Below, in pieces: positions 38,211 to 50,459 of a stretch of DNA of 64,000 bases (positions within the stretch are counted from its first letter, which is position 1; the number at the start of each line of letters is the position of its first letter). Below the pieces are notes generated by a model. It searched no databases. It saw only the letters and a program-made list of their open reading frames with translations, and was not told the DNA's origin. The position numbers and the translations under genes were made by a program. Source of the stretch: Chiloscyllium plagiosum (Eukaryota); assembly GCF_004010195.1 (NCBI RefSeq), contig NC_057719.1, positions 79,596,503 through 79,660,502 of the forward strand, in the 5' to 3' direction.

Positions 38211-38858
38211 TGTATGATGATACTATGGCTTTAAGAGGTGTATTTTTCCTGGTTTGTTTTTGAAGAGATAGAGGGGCCAAGTCATATTTTGGAACGCCAC
38301 TAAGGTAAACAACTTGTGAGGCCTGAGTTTTTTTCAAGCTGGAACAATAGAGGCAGCCTGGATGGGTGGGGGGGGGGGGCACCCCAAGAACCAGGATTTT
38401 TAGACATTTTGTTTTTCAAGAGGCGTTGTTGCTGGGGTCTCAGCTGAACTTGGAAGCTGCAGTGCATCTCTCCCAGCTACCTTCTCTTTCAGCATTTTTT
38501 CTTGATGTTTTCTCATTCTGCTGCTGGAGTTGAGTGTGAGACTACCTATTTTTCTGAGCCTGCCTTTGTCAAGGTGTGTTTACGGGATGTTCCTACATTG
38601 GAGGAGTTATTGTTTTGTGGTAAAACAATCTATTATTGTGTTACGTTTTCCAGTTGAGTTAAGTTATTCCAATTTCTTCTTCCTTTTGTTGTACTTTAAC
38701 TATAGTGGATGAATAAAGTGTGTTTTGCTTTAAATCCGGCAGTTTGACCAACTGAATTGCATCCAGAGCACGCCTGATACCTACCTGTAAAATAAGAAAA
38801 AGTTAGGATCTAGACTATCTTCTGAATATTTTGCGAGGGTTTGGTCTGGTCCATAATA
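38211..38858 (+). mobile_element. Probable solo LTR, degenerate
   Basis: tg..ctttaagag start as in the 19446 LTR, aataaa at ~38712, ends ccataata; no clear TSD. Confidence 0.45.
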
Positions 38859-39959
38859 CCCTGATGTCTGTATGCACATCCTATTTGCTATTCTCACCAT
38901 AATATCCCGATCTCACATTCATAATGGTGACTGTGAATGCGTAAATTTTACAATTATATCAGTGCAGGTGCAGCAGCAGCACCACTGCTGGCCAGACAGT
39001 GTAATTACAATGTTATGAGTTTACATTAGTAATTTCCATTCTAAACGTAGGCAAAGGAGCTTCCAATGGAAACATGAAAAGTACTGTGCATGTGACTTTA
39101 AAATAGGGACTGGAATGCATCTGAGTTCCCAGCCTTTCGCTCTGCTACAATTGAAGACTATGCAAGATAACTGAAGGGTGTTATTATAGCATGCCAAGTT
39201 TACATGGAAAGCTTTCAATATAACTGTGGAGGTCAGAATTTATAATAGGAAAAAGTGCAAACAGATGTTTGACCGTCAACATATCATCTAATGGCAGGTG
39301 CCATGTTATATGGTAGCAAGAATCAAACATTTAATTAGTTAAAGAAAAAACGTAAAATAAACACAGTGTTCCTCGCAGCAACACAAAAGGTACAAACCTC
39401 GCTGCAAAAAGTTACATCTGCAACAGATGTTTGCAATAAATCCTTAACAGAAATAGTGTGACTAATCCTGGGATAAAGTGAAATTGTTATAAAACTCAAG
39501 TTGTAAATTGGAACCATCTTTTCTCGTTTCTCCTGTCATTTCTGCAGCGTATCTGTCCACAGTTTTATCCCAGGAGATTAAATCATTTATTCCCCTATCC
39601 TGCAGCACACTTGCTAAAATTCAATTCAACAGCAGATAACTTGTCACAATGGTGAGATTTGGCACTTGAAGGTTTTTCATTGATGCATTGTCCAAGTCAT
39701 ACCATGCTCTTTTCCATATCTATTTCTTTTAACACTTTGTGGACATGGTTGATGTTTTCCAATGACTGAGTTAAAAAGACTTTCACTTTATAGATAATTT
39801 TTAATCAACCTTTTCAGAGATGCTATCACACACTTCTAGTGGGGGTGGGACTTGAACCCCAGCTCTCTGGTCAGAGCGGTAGCATTGAGGTACAAGAACC
39901 ATACCTTTCATCCATGTCCTGTGTTTCACTTCATCAAGAATTCTCAAAGCTCTCACGCC

Positions 39960-40260
39960 CAATAAAACATATATTGAAGTACATATGGGAAATATGATAG
40001 TCAATTTGCACACAGCATGCTCCCACACACAATACTGAGATAATGACTTGACAGTCTGCTTTAGCGGGATAAACATTTTCCAAAAGGCAAGAGATAACGC
40101 CCCTGATCTTCTCCTTACGTCATCTTTTATGTTTATCTGAGAGGGAAACCTGGTATTGGTTTAACATACCATCCAAAAAGGAGTCCTCTGATACTATAGA
40201 AAACCCATCAGTATTGCCATGAAAGTCTCAAAAATTAAGTGCTGAAGTCTCTGGGGTGAG
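39960..40260 (-). mobile_element. Deu-domain SINE remnant
   Basis: caatttgcacacagca..tcccaca..cccctgatcttc is the reverse of the Deu body. Confidence 0.6.
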
Positions 40261-41396
40261 GCCTGAAGTGTAATAGAATGTACAAATAATGAAGATGATG
40301 CAACTGATGTTACTCTAACATCTGAAGTGGAGAATAGAGTAAAGAAAAAAAGGAGCATTTAAAGAAGGAGGTTTTAGACACTATGCTAGAGAGCTGTATT
40401 CAATAACCTGGAACATATAAATGTAAATAGTGTTGCAATATTGAAGGGAATGAGAGCCTTACTCTAGGATAAAGATGACTGAGGTTGCGAGAAGCCAAGA
40501 AGACATTTAAGCTTCAGAAAATAGAACAGCTTCCAAGAGTGTATATGTAGACAGTCAGCATCTAATTAGCTAAAGCAGAACTCATAACCTTCTGATTCAG
40601 GGACAGACTGCTAGCAACCTGACATTGCCACAAAAGGCTGGGTTTCACTGTGTCTCTATCTCAGCCTGATTTCTGGTCATTCACCCTCACTTCCTTCAGG
40701 GTTACACTGGAATGGTGAACACAATGGGCTGAATCTGACTCCAACTTGCCATTCCGCATTCTTCCTTCATATGTGTGCCAATCTTGGCTTAGTGTCAAAA
40801 CTACTGTCTCCAAGTTAGAAGGGTTGTTATTTTTCCTGCAAAGAAACCATAAACCAAAATAACCAAATATACTGAATGACCCCCAATAATTTTTACTTCA
40901 AGGCAAATCACAACCAAAGCAAATCAAGCAAGAATGAATGGGCAAATGATACTTCAAGTAAAAAGGTAAATTTCAGTCCAAATTGTCAATAGAACAAAGA
41001 TGTGTCACGCACAGCCATAACCATTCAGATACATATGTAGCACTATGAAGTTACATAACTCCACAATGTATTGTTCTTTGTTCACACCAGGCAGGTCCAG
41101 AATTCTATCCACCAAAAGCTTGCCTTTCAGAATTTCACAAGTACAATTATCTGACCGGTAAGATCCAGTTTGAGCCCTAATTGGAAAATGCCCAGCTCTT
41201 AAGCATCTTTGAGCTAGTCACATGGCTTTCCAGATTTTTAGCCAACTTGCACAATATCTGCAAGCACTCTTGTCTCCTTTCACGCCAAAGACAAAAACTG
41301 ACATCTAATTTGCTTCTTCTGCTTACAAGTTGCAATGTGTTCCTTTCTGTATCTGTCTTCTCTTTGCATTTGCACTTCTGCGTTGATCATTGCTGT

Positions 41397-41706
41397 GGGC
41401 GGCACGGTGGCACAGTGGTTAGCACTGCTGCCTCACAGCGCCAGAGACCCGGGTTCAATTCCCGCCTCAGGCGACTGACTGTGTGGAGTTTGCACGTTCT
41501 CCCCGTGTCTGCGTGGGTTTCCTCCGGGTGCTCCGGTTTCCTCCCACAGTCCAAAGATGTGCAGGTCAGGTGAATTGGCCATGCTAAATTGCCCGTAGTG
41601 TTAGGTAAGGGGTAAATGTATGGGTGGGTTACGCTTCGGCGTGTCGGTGTGGACTTGTTGGGCCGAAGGGCCTGTTTCCACACTGTAAAGTAATCTAATC
41701 TAATCA
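41397..41706 (+). mobile_element. HE1-type SINE, young full-length copy
   Basis: Near-identical to 6683. Confidence 0.95.
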
Positions 41707-42754
41707 TCTTCACTGCTCCCCACACCATTCCACCCCCCTGCCATCTCTTCTGCTTATACCTCCCTTTTGTGTCTGCAGGTCTGCATGGTGTCTGACTACC
41801 ATATGACTTCATCCGTAACATCTTCACCGCTGGCACTGCCTCCAGGACAAGGGTCACCAGTATAATGTTACATTGCTTATGATGGTGACATAACTAATGA
41901 GGTGGCTCTGACATCAGTAGGAGGGAAGACATCAGACCAGAAGAAGCATATGAAGAAATGGGGCTTACACATTACAGCAGAGAGCTGTATTTAGTAACCT
42001 GTAATTTACAAATATAAATAAAAGTGTGTCACATTACATCAATTTTAGAAGAGCAATAATTAAACACAAGGAGACAACAGCCTCAGGGACAACATATTAG
42101 CAGACACCCACAGCCCAGAGATACTCAAAACTAAATATAGCAGTATTAATCTCAAGCACAAGGTTGCAGCAAGAGAAATAGTCATCAATACAGGATCTGA
42201 AGGTAAAATAGAGTCTACTGGTCACATCTGAAAAGGAAAACTCTGCGGGAACAGCAGGACCTTAGAAAGCTTCAAAGACAAGACTCCAAAAGCCAGGAAT
42301 ACAAAAGAGGACTTTGACTGTGTGTTTCTATGTCATTACAAATACAAGCATTAGAGTGGGAAGACTCTGAAGATGAGAATAAGTATCTCAGAAGACTCAA
42401 AAGCAGAGCTACAAACCAGCAGCTTTCTAGAGAGTGGAAGCACAGAATCAGAATACTTTGACTATAAGAAGGGAAAATCCTAATTCTCAAATCCCCAAAT
42501 CCAAAATCTTGTAATTATCCATGGAGGTGGCAGCTTTGGGAGGGACTATGCCATTACCTCAACTATGAGATAATACACAACACCCGCACCGTGGAAAAAA
42601 CTGGAAGCGCTAGCTCCAGTGCTGTAGGCCAGCTTCAGGTTTGTTCATGGAGATACAGTAATGTCAAATCAACACACTTTTATGTGCTGTAGGCCCAATA
42701 TCTGATGATGAAAGGCTAAAATACAAGAGCAGCACTGTGCTGCAGAGGCTGGAT

Positions 42755-42908
42755 AAGAACACAAAACTGCAGATGCTGGAAACCAAGGCAGACAGGCAGG
42801 AGGCTGGAAGAACACAGCAAGCCAGGCAGCATCAGGAGGTGGAGAAGTTAACATTTCAGGTGTAACCCTTCTTCAGCAAAATGGGGGTGGGTGCAAGGGG
42901 AGCTGCAA
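42755..42908 (-). mobile_element. PLE 3' fragment, same family as 48137, with degenerate HHR
   Basis: Matches 48140-48292; minus strand CTGAAGA-aGGGTtacACCT-GAAA-TGTT. Confidence 0.8.
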
Positions 42909-42984
42909 GCTGTTTCAAGTTCTGGTGAGGCAACAGTTGTGAGCAGATTTGGGCTAAAAATCCCTAAAAAAATATGGTGTTGAC

Positions 42985-43460
42985 TTTAGCGTCTTGCAGA
43001 GGTTTCAAGGAATGATCCTGGGGTTGAAGTGTTTGTTATATGAGGTGCGGTTGTGGACTCTGGGTCTGTCAACTCTCAATGGAGTTTTGAAGGTTGGGGG
43101 GGTGTCTGATTGAAACTCATTGAGAGGCCTGGTTAGTTTGGGTGTGGAGAAGACGTTTCCACCAGTAGGAGAGATGAGGACCCCAGGGCATAGCCCCAGA
43201 GTGAAGGAACCAACCTTTAGAACTGGATGAGGAGAAGTCCTTTCAGCCAGAATGTGGTGAATCTGTGGAACCCATTGCCACAGAAGGCAGAAGATGCCAA
43301 GTCATTGAGTGTATTTAAGACAAAGATAGATAGACTCTTGATTAGTGAGGGGATTATGGGAGGAGAATGGGGTTGAGGAATGTATTACCTGTGATCGAAT
43401 GGTGGAGCAGACTCAATGGACCGAATGGCCTAGCTCTGTTCCTATATCTTACGGTCTTAT
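42985..43460 (+). mobile_element. Old CR1 LINE 3' fragment
   Basis: gtggtgaatctgtggaa..tgccacagaaggc..gaatggcct..gttcctatatctta, a CR1-type 3' end. Confidence 0.75.
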
Positions 43461-43899
43461 AGCCTTGTGTTCTGGGAAGACAAAATGTGGAAGAAAGTAT
43501 GACAGAGATTTACACATTGATTAAGACAATCACTGTGCATTTTACCCCAAATTAAATTTAGCTATAGAGTAGACAATTCTTAATGAGTAATCGGAGCATT
43601 GGATTTTTTTCATTGGTTTATATTGTCACATACAATCATGTGGGTGCAGAGCTTTGAAGTTTGAACTTAACTGGGGACCACATGGTAGTCAAACCAGGGA
43701 ATGAGAAGTTGTTGATCTACCTTCAATCCAAGGAGCATTTAATGCTGTAACAGGTCATTCAATTTGCTACATAGGTAGAAATCAAGATTAAAAAAAAGAC
43801 GTTAGTTCTGTGAGGAACTATTGGGGATTTTTCTGACCCTGCTGGAAAGCCCACCAAAACATCAAAAGGAGTAGGAGTCAACAGCATCAATCACACTCA

Positions 43900-44173
43900 G
43901 GTAGTACAGTGGCTCAGTGGTTAGCACTGCTGTCTCACAGCACCAGAGACTTGGGTTCGATTCCACCCTCCGGCAACTGTCTATATGGAGTTTGCTATTT
44001 CTCCCCACATCTCTGTGGGTTTCTGCCCACAGTCCAACGATGTGCAGGTTAGGTGGATTAGCTATGGGAGATACAGGGATGGGGTTTGCTCAGGTCTCAA
44101 TGGGATACTCTTCGGAGAGCCAGTGGTGACTCGATAGGCCGAACGGTTTACTTCCACACTGCAGGGATTCTAT
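43900..44173 (+). mobile_element. HE1-type SINE, diverged
   Basis: Head, body and tail similarity. Confidence 0.85.
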
Positions 44174-44424
44174 AAAAGATATGTGTCAGGGCAGAACACA
44201 GGTGCAATGTGTTTCCTGCAGGAAGATGTGTGCTATAGATGTGGGTAGTTTGGACCCTTCAAGGAAATATTGTAAGTTAGCAGCACCCTCTTCACCTCAA
44301 ACCAAAGGAAATGTTCTGTAAAAGAAAAATGTCTGAACAGTAGAAATTACACAGCAATGAAAATGTTCAATAAATTATAGATATAGAACAAAAGTTGAAA
44401 ACAGCATTCCCAGGTCAGGTTATC

Positions 44425-44756
44425 ACAGAATCATAGAATCCCTAAAGTGTGGAAACAAGCCCTTTCAGTCCAACTAGTCCACACCGACCCTCCGAAGAGT
44501 AACCCACACAAACCCATTTCCCTACCCTATTACTCTACATTTACCCCTGACTAACGCATCTAACCTACACATCCCTGAACACTATGGGATAATTTAGCAC
44601 GGTCAATTCACCTGACCTGCACATCTTTGAATAGTGGGAGGAAATCAGAGCACCCGGAGGAAACCCACGCAGACACGGGGAGCATGTACAAACTCCACAC
44701 AGACAGTTGCCCATGGCTGGAATTGAACCCGGGTCTCTAGCGCTGTGAGGCAGCAC
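44425..44756 (-). mobile_element. HE1-type SINE
   Basis: Reverse complement of HE1; 5' head slightly truncated. Confidence 0.9.
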
Positions 44757-45089
44757 AAGAGTCAGCACAGATTCCAGGCCATCAACTTGAAGCTACAAAG
44801 TGTTTGAAACAAAGTGTATTGATAAAGGAACAGATTGTCTCAATACTGGAAGACAGCTTGCCATGGTTGAAGTCTGTGAACGTCACACTAGCAAACATAA
44901 AACTTCATGGTCCAGGAGGCATCGATCTTCAAGTGCGTGGGCAAATCATCATGAATTGTGGACAGAAAGGATTAGATTAGAGTGATAAGACATGTTCTGA
45001 AGAATCATTATATTTCATTGTTGAACACAACACAAATATTCAGCCAGGTTTCTTAGAAAGTGTAAGTAAAATATCCCAGATTGAAGACC

Positions 45090-45600
45090 AGAAAGAATTT
45101 CCAAATCCGTTTAAAGACTTAGAGTGATTGAAGCAGAGGATATAACATTACTTTGCAAGAAGATGCAAGAACCATCTGTGTGTACACCCTCAGAACAATT
45201 CCTCATCCTTTGAGGGGAGAAGTAAAATTTCAGTTGGATAGCATGAATGAAAGGAGGTTTATGTCACAAATGAAAGGACTGACACAATAGTGCTCATCCA
45301 AAGTGGATGCCAACAATGGATTCTGGCAAATACCTTAAAACACGTGTCAAGATTACTGATTGCATTTACTACCCCATTCAGGTGGCATTGTTTCAACTGT
45401 TCCAGCATTCGGGATCTCTTCTGCATTAGAAAGTTCACAAAGAACAATGTCTCAAATACTGCGAGAGAAACTGGGAGCCATTTTGAATACAGATAATATA
45501 CTAGTTCATGGTAAAATGAAGAAAGATCAGAACCAGTTGAAAAGAGAGAACATACTCTTGTCAAAAATGTTGAGTCTTCTAGAACAATAACCAGCACTTC
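45090..45600 (+). mobile_element. Decayed Gypsy/Ty3 pol (reverse transcriptase) remnant
   Basis: Frameshifted motifs TIPHPLRGEVKFQLDSM, KVDANNGFWQIP, FTTPFRWHCFN, FGISSALESSQRTMSQIL..TDNILVHG. Confidence 0.8.
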
Positions 45601-45936
45601 ACTGGCAAATGAGGGCAAACTCAAACAAATTGATGCAGCTCCAAACTTTGACAAGGAGTGTGAAAAGGGTCAGAACTCTCTTCAAGGGAGTTCAAAATAT
45701 ATTCCAGCAAGTGCTGAAAGGTAATACAGAAAAACAATGTTTGACAATAGTGGAATTTTATTGATGTACAAGCATAGAATGTTTATATTAAAGTCAATGT
45801 GAAAAGAAATCATACAGAAATTCTAAGAGAGATATCTCAAGGTACAGGTTCACAGTTCCTTGAAAATGGAGTCACATGTAGACAGTTAAAAATTACAAAC
45901 CACCAGGTTATAGTCCACCAGGTTTAATTGGAAGCA

Positions 45937-45971
45937 CACTAGCTTTCGGAGCGTCGCTCCTTCATCAGGTG
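45937..45971 (-). ncRNA. Minimal type I hammerhead ribozyme motif
   Basis: cac-CUGAUGA-a-GGAGC gac GCUCC-GAAA-GCUA/gug: full core, 5-bp stem II, 3-bp stem I, palindromic AGCU in place of stem III. Confidence 0.7.
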
Positions 45972-45984
45972 ATATGTCCACTAT

Positions 45985-46019
45985 CCCCTGATGAAGGAGC
46001 GTCGCTCCGAAAGCTAGTG
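45985..46019 (+). ncRNA. Minimal type I hammerhead ribozyme motif
   Basis: ccc-CUGAUGA(45988)-a-GGAGC guc GCUCC-GAAA-GCUA/gug; predicted cleavage after 46016; one stem I mismatch. Confidence 0.65.
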
Positions 46020-47167
46020 TGCTTCCAATTAAACCTGTTGGACTATAACCTGGTGTTGTGTGATTTTTAACTTTGTACACCCCAGTCCCACACCGGCATC
46101 TCCAAATCATGACACGTAGACAGGGTAGTGAAGAAGGCATTTGGTACACTTGCCTTTATCGGTCAGTGCATTGAGTATAGGAAGTTGGGAGGTCATATGC
46201 AGCTGTTCAGCACATTGGTTAGGCCACTTTCAGAATATTGCATTCAATTCTGGTCTTCCAGCTATAGAAAAGGTGTTGTGAAACGTGAAAGGGTTCAGAA
46301 AAGATTTAGAACGATGTTGCCAGGTTTGGAGGTTTTGAGCATCAGGAAGAGGCTGAATAGGATGGGCCTATCTTCCCTGGACTGTGGAGGCTGAGGGGTG
46401 ACCTTATAGAGGTTTATAAAATCATGAGGGGCATGGATAGGGTGAACATTCCAAAGTGGGGAAATCCAAATCTAGAGGACTTAAATTTAAGGTCAGAGGG
46501 AAAAGATATCAAAGGGACCTAAGAAGCAACATTTTAATGCAGAGGGTGGTGCGTGTATGAGATGAGCTGCCAGAGGAAGTGATTGAGGCTGGTACAATTT
46601 CAACATTTAAAAGGCATCTGGATGGGTATATGATTCAGAAGAGTTTAGGGAGATGTAGTCAAGTGCTGGCAAATGGATTAGATTAATTTAGGATGTTTGG
46701 TTGGCTTGGACGAGTTGGACCGAAGGGTGCATTTTCATGTTGTACATCTGTATGACACTAGGTATCACAAAGTGCAGGACAAGAACACAAACGTCAGCAA
46801 ACATTCTGAAAGACATTTGGAATTACATCGTGTTGAGCCAGATATGTGTCATGCACAGCCAAATGCTTGAGATGGTAATAATAATGAGAATTATGTTGAT
46901 AATTGTGTTAATGTTTCCATAAACTATGTAGATAATAAGGGTCTATTACTGAAATAGTATAAATCAGGTAGCAATAAAGCTGGGGATTGATGTACTATAA
47001 TGATTTATGAACATCATAATCATGTAACTGATATGGCGAGTCTAACATCAGTAGAAGATAAGACATCAGACTAGAAGAAGCATATAAGTCAGACACAGTT
47101 GTATATGGTGATGAGGCTGAAAGGGGTAATGTTGGAGACTGTATTAAGCTGCATTCAATTTCAATGT

Positions 47168-47374
47168 CAAGATTAGAGTGGTGCTGGAAAAGCACAGAGG
47201 GTCAGAACCCCTCCCATTTATCTCTCCACCCTGGAGGCTCCCAGCCTCATTCCTGATGAAGGGCTCCTGCCCGAAACGTCAATTTTCCTCGGATGCTGCC
47301 TGACCTGCTGTGCTTTTTCAGCACCACTCTAATCTTGTCTCTGATCTCCAGCATCTGCAGTCCTCACGCTCACC
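47168..47374 (+). mobile_element. PLE/HHR mini-element (family A) with short 5' inversion, 207 bp
   Basis: Perfect 14-bp TSD ttcaatttcaatgt (47154-47167 / 47375-47388); CTGATGA(47253)-aGGGCtcctGCCC-GAAA-CGTC(47280). Confidence 0.92.
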
Positions 47375-47659
47375 TTCAATTTCAATGTGTCATATGGGTT
47401 CAGGTTGTTGTAAGACAGAACAATGTAAAGTAACTTTTACATAATTTCCATCATTCAACAAACTACATCTTGTTCAGGGCAAGAGTCTTTTCATGTTAAG
47501 ACTCACAAATGGCTGTTCTTCCACCATTGTAAACTTAAATAGGCCTTTAGACCAAGCAAAGGGAAGAGGTTTAGTGGCAGATTCAAATACTACAGACAGT
47601 AGACGGGAGACCTGTATTTAGGAACCAGTAAGGTAAATAAATGAATTGTTCCACATGAG

Positions 47660-47870
47660 GCATCACAACTGATCCAAGGAAGACAAGAGCCATCAATGAA
47701 TTTCTAGCACTGAAGTGTATAAATGATTCTTAGACATGGTGAAGCAAGTGGGAAAGTTTATCCTCAACCTAGCCAGTCATACTCAATTTATAATGAGAGA
47801 GCTTTTAAAGAAAGGTTAGCACTGAAGTCAAGAGCAGATGGAAACTTTACAAGCCTTACCAAATGATGAA
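47660..47870 (+). mobile_element. Decayed Gypsy pol remnant
   Basis: DPRKTRAINEF and ..MRELLKK resemble the Gypsy RT C-terminal region. Confidence 0.45.
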
Positions 47871-48136
47871 AAGGTAACAGCCTCAAGGAATGTATGCATT
47901 GATACTCACAGTCCATTGATACTCCAGGACTAGTATCGACTGTAAATGTGCAGGTAGTGGTATTAAGGTGAAAGATTAAACAACATGGACAAGTATTTCT
48001 TACCCATGAAACTTCAAAACGACCATTTTATAATTGATGCAAACTGATCAAAGTCCCTTTCTAAACAATCTTAAAACAATTACAGATTGTAAAGACCTGT
48101 TAGATAAATTAGTATACTGCTTCCAGGTCAAAGGGC

Positions 48137-50459
48137 TAGAGACAAAAAAAACTGCGGATGCTGGAATCCAAAGCAGACAAGCAGGAAGCTGGAAGAACAC
48201 AGCCAGCCAGGCAGCGTCAAGAGGTGGAGAAGTCGATGTTTCGAATGTAACCCTTCTTCAGGACTGGGGGTGAGTGTTGGGGGGTGCTGCAGATAAAGGG
48301 GGAGGCGAGGGTAGTGAGGTTTGGATATGTGAATACAGATAGAGGATATGCCGTGCTTGGTCAATGGGAGAAATGAATCCGGTTGGTGGCAGGGAGGAGT
48401 GGAAGGGAGGGGGAGAGGCTGGGAAGGGAGTCAGAGGATGGGAAGGGAAGTTATTTGAAATTGGAGGACTCAGTGTTGAGCCCTCTGGGCTGTAGGCTGC
48501 CCAAGCTGAAGATGAGGGGTTGTTCCTCCAATTTGTGATTTAGTTCATTGTGGCAATGGAGGACGCCAAGGATGCTCATGTTGGAAAGGGAGTGAGAAAG
48601 GGAATTAAAATAGGCGGGGACTGGGAGGTCCAGTCGGCCCCTGCGGGTCGGCTGAGATGCTCGGCAAACCTTTCCCTAAGTTTACGTTTGGTCTCCCTGA
48701 TGTAGAGAAGACCACATCGGGAGCTCCTGATGCAGTAAACTAGGTTGGAAGAGAGGCAAGTGAACCTCTGTCTCACCTGAAAGGACTGTTTGGAGCCCTG
48801 GATGGAGGTGAGAGAGGTGGTGTACCACCAGGTTTTGCATCTTTTCTGGTTACAGGGGAAGGTACCTGGGATTTCATAGGGGTTGATGGAGAGAGTGGGG
48901 CAAACCAGGTTCTGTTGAAGGGAAAGGTCCTTGTGGAAGATAGAAAGGGGTGGGAAGGGGAAGATGTTCTTGGTGGTGGGGTCTAGTTGGAGTTGATGAA
49001 AGTGCTTAAGGATGATTCGTTGGATGCGGAGACTAGTGGGTGGACATCTGGGATGCTTGGGAGTGGAATGTCTCCTTGTCCGAACAGATGTGGTGGAGGC
49101 AGAGGAATTGGGAGAACGGGATGGAGTTCTTGCAGGATACTGGGTGGAAGGAAGAGGTGTAGACTAGGTAGCTATGGTGATCTGTGGGTTTGTTGTAAAC
49201 ATCCGTCTGGAGATGGAAATGGAAAGGTGAAGAAAGGAGAGGGAGGTGTCCCAGATGGACCAAGTGAATTTGAGGGTAGGGTGGAAGTCGAAGTCAATGA
49301 ACTGCTCCATTTCAGCCCTGGGTGCAGGACGCTGTATCAATGCAGTCAACAATGTAACAGCAGGAGAGGTGGAGCACTGTGCCTGTGTAGGGACTGAAGA
49401 GGGGCAAAGAGGCAGGCATAGTTGGGGCCCAGCCAGGTGCCAATGGCCGCCCCCTGGATTTGGAGGGAATGGGAGAGGTTAAAGGAAAAGTGGTTGAGGG
49501 TGAGGTCCAGTTCGGCAAAGCGGAGGAGGGTATTGGTGGAGGGGGACTCGATTGGCCTATTGGAGAGGAAGAAGCGAAGTCTTGGAGGCCATCTTTGTGG
49601 GGTATGGATGTCTTGACATCCTGCAATGAAAACAGAGCTCCCCCCTTGTTCCCTCTTGTCCTCACCTACCACCCACCAGTGTCCGCATCCAAAGCATCAC
49701 CTTAAACACTTCCGCCAACTCCAACTAGACCCCACCACCAAGAATATCTTCCCCTCCCCACCCCTCTCTGCCTTCCACAAGGACCATTCCCTTCGACAGT
49801 CCTTGGTTTGCTCCACTCTCCCTACCAACCCCTGTGAACCCCCAGGTACCTTCCCCTGCCACCGGAAAAGATGCAAAACCTGCTGGTACACCACTCCCTT
49901 CACCCTCATCCAGGGCCTCAAACAGTCCTTCCAGGTGAGACAGAGGTTCACCTGCCTCTCTTCCATCCTGGTTCACTGCATCAGGTGCTCCCAATGTGGT
50001 CTTCTCTACATCGGGGAGACCAAACATAAACTTAGGGAGCGGTTCGCCGAGCATCGCAGCCGGGCCCACAGGGGCTGACCGGATCCCCCAGTCACCGCCC
50101 ATTTTAATTCCTCTTCGCATTCCCTTTCCGACATGACCATTCTTGGTCTCCTCCATTGCCACATCAAACCGAACCACAAATTGGAGGAACAACACCTTAT
50201 CTTATGCCTGGGCAGTCTACAGCCTGGAGGACTCAATATTGAGTTCTCCAATTTCAAGTAACCTCCCTTCCCAGCCCATCCTCCTCCCTTCCACTCCTCC
50301 CACCACCTACCAGATTCACTCCTCCCATTGACCAGCCAGCCTCCCACCTGCCTTCACCTGTCCCCACTTCACCAGCCTGCCCCCACCATACCCTTTATCT
50401 GCAGCTCCATCTACAGCCAACCCCCCAGTCCTGAAGAAGTGTTATGCCCAAAACATCAA
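48137..50459 (-). mobile_element. Penelope-like retroelement (RT + GIY-YIG), 5'-truncated, with an inverted ~0.8-kb arm
   Basis: Minus: DVKTSIPHKDGL, LTLNHFSF..QIQGAAIGTWLGPNYACLF, YIVD, YNKPTD, FTCLSSNLVYCI..CGLLYIRET..RFAEH; plus copy of the GIY-YIG in ORF 49626..50078; perfect 13-bp TSD caggtcaaagggc (48124-48136 / 50460-50472). Confidence 0.93.
48231..48265 (-). ncRNA. Hammerhead ribozyme motif of the PLE (partly decayed)
   Basis: aguc-CUGAAGA-aGGGUuacAUUC-GAAA-CAUC/gacu with 4-bp stem I. Confidence 0.6.

Larger units (their letters stand above)
45886..46111. mobile_element. Palindromic double-hammerhead PLE mini-element (family B), 226 bp
   Basis: TSD acatgtagacag (45874-45885) / acacgtagacag (46112-46123); near-perfect inverted arms. 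Confidence 0.92.
45841..46760 (+). mobile_element. CR1/HER1 LINE 3' fragment interrupted by a PLE mini-element
   Basis: KKAFGTLAFIGQCIEYR..LVRPLSEYCIQFWS..ERVQKRF. Confidence 0.9.

Noticed and set aside
39549..39652. Possible exon (ctgcag| ... ATG|gtgaga)
   Set aside because: Translation not recognisable and no partner exons found; such site pairs occur by chance.
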